Shown here: positions 62,058 through 64,000 of the stretch, piece after piece
Layout of the letters: the number at the start of each line of letters is the position of its first letter
Numbering within the stretch: the stretch's first letter is position 1
Source: Acidimicrobiia bacterium
Lineage (GTDB): Bacteria > Actinomycetota > Acidimicrobiia > Spongiisociales > ZC4RG35
Reading direction: 5' to 3'
Length of the DNA stretch: 64,000 nucleotides
Assembly: GCA_965215185.1 (NCBI GenBank)
Contig: OZ244034.1
Coordinates: forward strand, 672,001 to 736,000
Made by a program: the position numbers and the translations under genes
Notes under the pieces: model-generated
What the model was told of the DNA's origin: nothing
The model's database searches: none
Seen by the model: only the letters and a program-made list of their open reading frames with translations

Positions 62058-63158
62058 ATGGCCAAGGACTACTACCGGATTCTCGGGGTCGATAGCGACG
62101 CCGATTCCAACCAGATAAAGCGAGCCTTCAGAAGGCTCGCTCGGGAGACCCATCCTGACGCCAACCCCGGCGACCCTCAGGCCGAGGCGCGGTTCAGGGA
62201 AGTAGCGGAGGCCTACGAGGTTCTTTCCAACCCTGAACGCCGCCACTCCCACGACCGGGGTGAGCAGGTCGACATCTCGGGGATGTTCGGGAATCTTGAC
62301 GACCTGTTGCGGTCGGTGTTCGGTGGGTCGGGATTCTTCGGAACACCCGGAACGGCCCAAAGGTCACGTGGGCAGGACATCTTGGTGAGAATCGGACTGA
62401 GGTTGGAGGAAGCGGCCTTCGGGACCGAGACAAACGTCGAATTCAAAGCCGAAGCGGCATGTTCGACATGTGGCGGCGACGGAGTGGCGGCCGGTGCGAC
62501 AGTCCGGTCATGTCAAGGTTGTGGAGGATCGGGGATGGTGCGTTCCACCCGCTCGAGCTTTTTTGGGTCGATGGTGACCACTACCACCTGTCCCAAGTGT
62601 CGGGGAAGGGGACGAGAGACGTCGCAGGCCTGCAGTTGGTGCCACGGAGAGGGCGTCCATCCGCAGGTCCATTCACTGAAAGTGGAGATCCCGGCCGGAG
62701 TATCGGAAGGCACCCGGTTGCGCCTGAGAGGCAGGGGGGCGGCTGCGCCTCTGGGTGGGATGCCCGGCGATCTCTATGTAGAGATCGGGGTTCGCCCGGA
62801 CAGCCGGTTCGAGAGGGAAGGGGACCACCTATTCCACCGGGTCACCATCGGATTCACCGAAGCCGCCTTGGGAGTGGATGTCGATGTCCCGTTATTGGAG
62901 GGGGGAACATACCCGTTGCGCGTCCCGCCCGGCACCCAGCCTGGATGGGTCAGAAGGCTGGCGGGCTACGGGACCACCAGAATGGGCGGAAAAGCGCGGG
63001 GGGACATGCTGGTGGCGGTGGAGGTGGAAGTACCGGAAGATCTGACCGCCGAAGAAGAGGATCTTCTGCGGAAGCTTGCCGAAATGCGAGGAGAATCACC
63101 GTTGCCCCCGTCCCTTCGGAGAGACAGGCGCCGGCGATCGGCAAAGAGGAGGTCGTAG
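62058..63158 (+). CDS. dnaJ: Chaperone DnaJ
   Basis: DYY.ILGV, HPD, four CxxCxGxG repeats, GDLYV. Confidence 0.96.
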   Translation: MAKDYYRILGVDSDADSNQIKRAFRRLARETHPDANPGDPQAEARFREVAEAYEVLSNPERRHSHDRGEQVDISGMFGNLDDLLRSVFGGSGFFGTPGTAQRSRGQDILVRIGLRLEEAAFGTETNVEFKAEAACSTCGGDGVAAGATVRSCQGCGGSGMVRSTRSSFFGSMVTTTTCPKCRGRGRETSQACSWCHGEGVHPQVHSLKVEIPAGVSEGTRLRLRGRGAAAPLGGMPGDLYVEIGVRPDSRFEREGDHLFHRVTIGFTEAALGVDVDVPLLEGGTYPLRVPPGTQPGWVRRLAGYGTTRMGGKARGDMLVAVEVEVPEDLTAEEEDLLRKLAEMRGESPLPPSLRRDRRRRSAKRRS

Positions 63159-63236
63159 AGTGGGGCGGGTTGGTAGGGTTTTTTGGACACGGGGGGCACA
63201 TATAAACTCCCCATGCCATTTCGGTCGGGAGATCCA

Positions 63237-63575
63237 TTGAGTAGCGAGTGTCTTTTCTGCAAGATTGCCGACGGTTCGATTCCGGCCGGAATTGTGGCCG
63301 AAACTGAAGACGCCCTGGCCTTTCGGGACATCAACCCCCAAGCGCCCACTCATGTCCTGGTGATTCCACGGCGGCATGTCGAGTCTCTTAATGAGGTGGA
63401 CGATCCCCAGATGATGAGCGCATTGGTGAAACTGTCCCAAAGGGTCGCCGCTCAGGAGGGATTGGAGGACGGGTGGCGATGGGTTGCCAATGTGGGAAGA
63501 GATGGAGGTCAGACTGTTTTTCATCTGCATTTGCATCTCTTGGGTGGCCGACGGATGAGTTGGCCGCCGGGATGA
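63237..63575 (+). CDS. Histidine triad nucleotide-binding protein
   Basis: CLFCKI, AFRDINPQAPTH, GQTVFHLHLHLLGGR..WPPG. Start 63213 or 63237. Confidence 0.95.
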   Translation: MSSECLFCKIADGSIPAGIVAETEDALAFRDINPQAPTHVLVIPRRHVESLNEVDDPQMMSALVKLSQRVAAQEGLEDGWRWVANVGRDGGQTVFHLHLHLLGGRRMSWPPG

Positions 63576-63621
63576 TTCTCCCACACCGTGATGGCCTCTT
63601 GGCGTCATCGGTCCCGTATAG

Positions 63622-64000
63622 ATGAGCACTGAGGCCATACACCGAGAAGTAGTGGTGTCCAGCCAGCACCTGTTACGGGACTTGCTGGGCGCCAGCGACT
63701 CCCACTTTCGGGTACTGCAGGAATCCTTTCCCCTGGTGCAGATGGTGGCGCGGGGCGCCAACGTGTCCCTGCGGGGGCCATCGGAGGAGGTGGGTCTGGC
63801 GGAGTCGGTGGTCAAGGAACTCCTCTTGCTGGTGCAGGAAGGCACCTCTTTGGACGGTCGTGTCGGCTCGGTGGTGCAGATGGTGCGCGAGGAACTTCCC
63901 GATCCGGCCGGAGTTTTGAGCCAGACCCTGTCGTTGGGGCGCGGCAGACTGGTGAGGGTCAAGACCCATCGCCAGTTGCGCTACGTGCAATCCATCCGGG
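63622..64000 (+). CDS. phoH: PhoH-family protein (3' end runs off the window)
   Basis: Manual translation: MSTEAIHREV...LLGASDSHFRVLQE...ARG...VRVKTHRQLRYVQSIR; dnaJ-hit-phoH order. Confidence 0.85.
   Translation, partial: MSTEAIHREVVVSSQHLLRDLLGASDSHFRVLQESFPLVQMVARGANVSLRGPSEEVGLAESVVKELLLLVQEGTSLDGRVGSVVQMVREELPDPAGVLSQTLSLGRGRLVRVKTHRQLRYVQSIR

Overview
High-GC bacterial chromosome segment, most likely Actinomycetota, probably class Acidimicrobiia (inferred from mIHF, AdnAB, helicase-degenerate PriA, gene order and TANNNT-N7-start leaderless promoters). Left to right: partial aceE; a CCAEP-tail radical SAM gene; a DNA-repair block (tandem double Fe-S nuclease, dtd, adnB, adnA, a 54-aa microprotein behind a PafBC-type promoter, RecB-family nuclease); the conserved alaS-ruvX-mltG-aro-efp-nusB-car-pyrF-mihF-gmk-rpoZ-coaBC-metK-priA-def-fmt-rpe-rib superoperon with an inserted alpha-carbonic anhydrase; a ~12.5-kb accessory catabolic/Fic block; leuS; a decaying variable slot; then holA, rpsT, lepA, hemW, hrcA, dnaJ, a HIT gene and partial phoH. 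Two things stand out. First, a remodelled pyrimidine locus: NusB fused in frame to CarA where pyrR/pyrB/pyrC usually lie, CarB with an eroded allosteric site, and an intact PyrF-like ORF lacking its catalytic residues. Second, an expanded AdnAB locus with five Fe-S-staple nuclease domains and a candidate damage-inducible microprotein. I saw no rRNA, tRNA, CRISPR array or intact transposase. All calls come from reading motifs by eye; no database searches were run.
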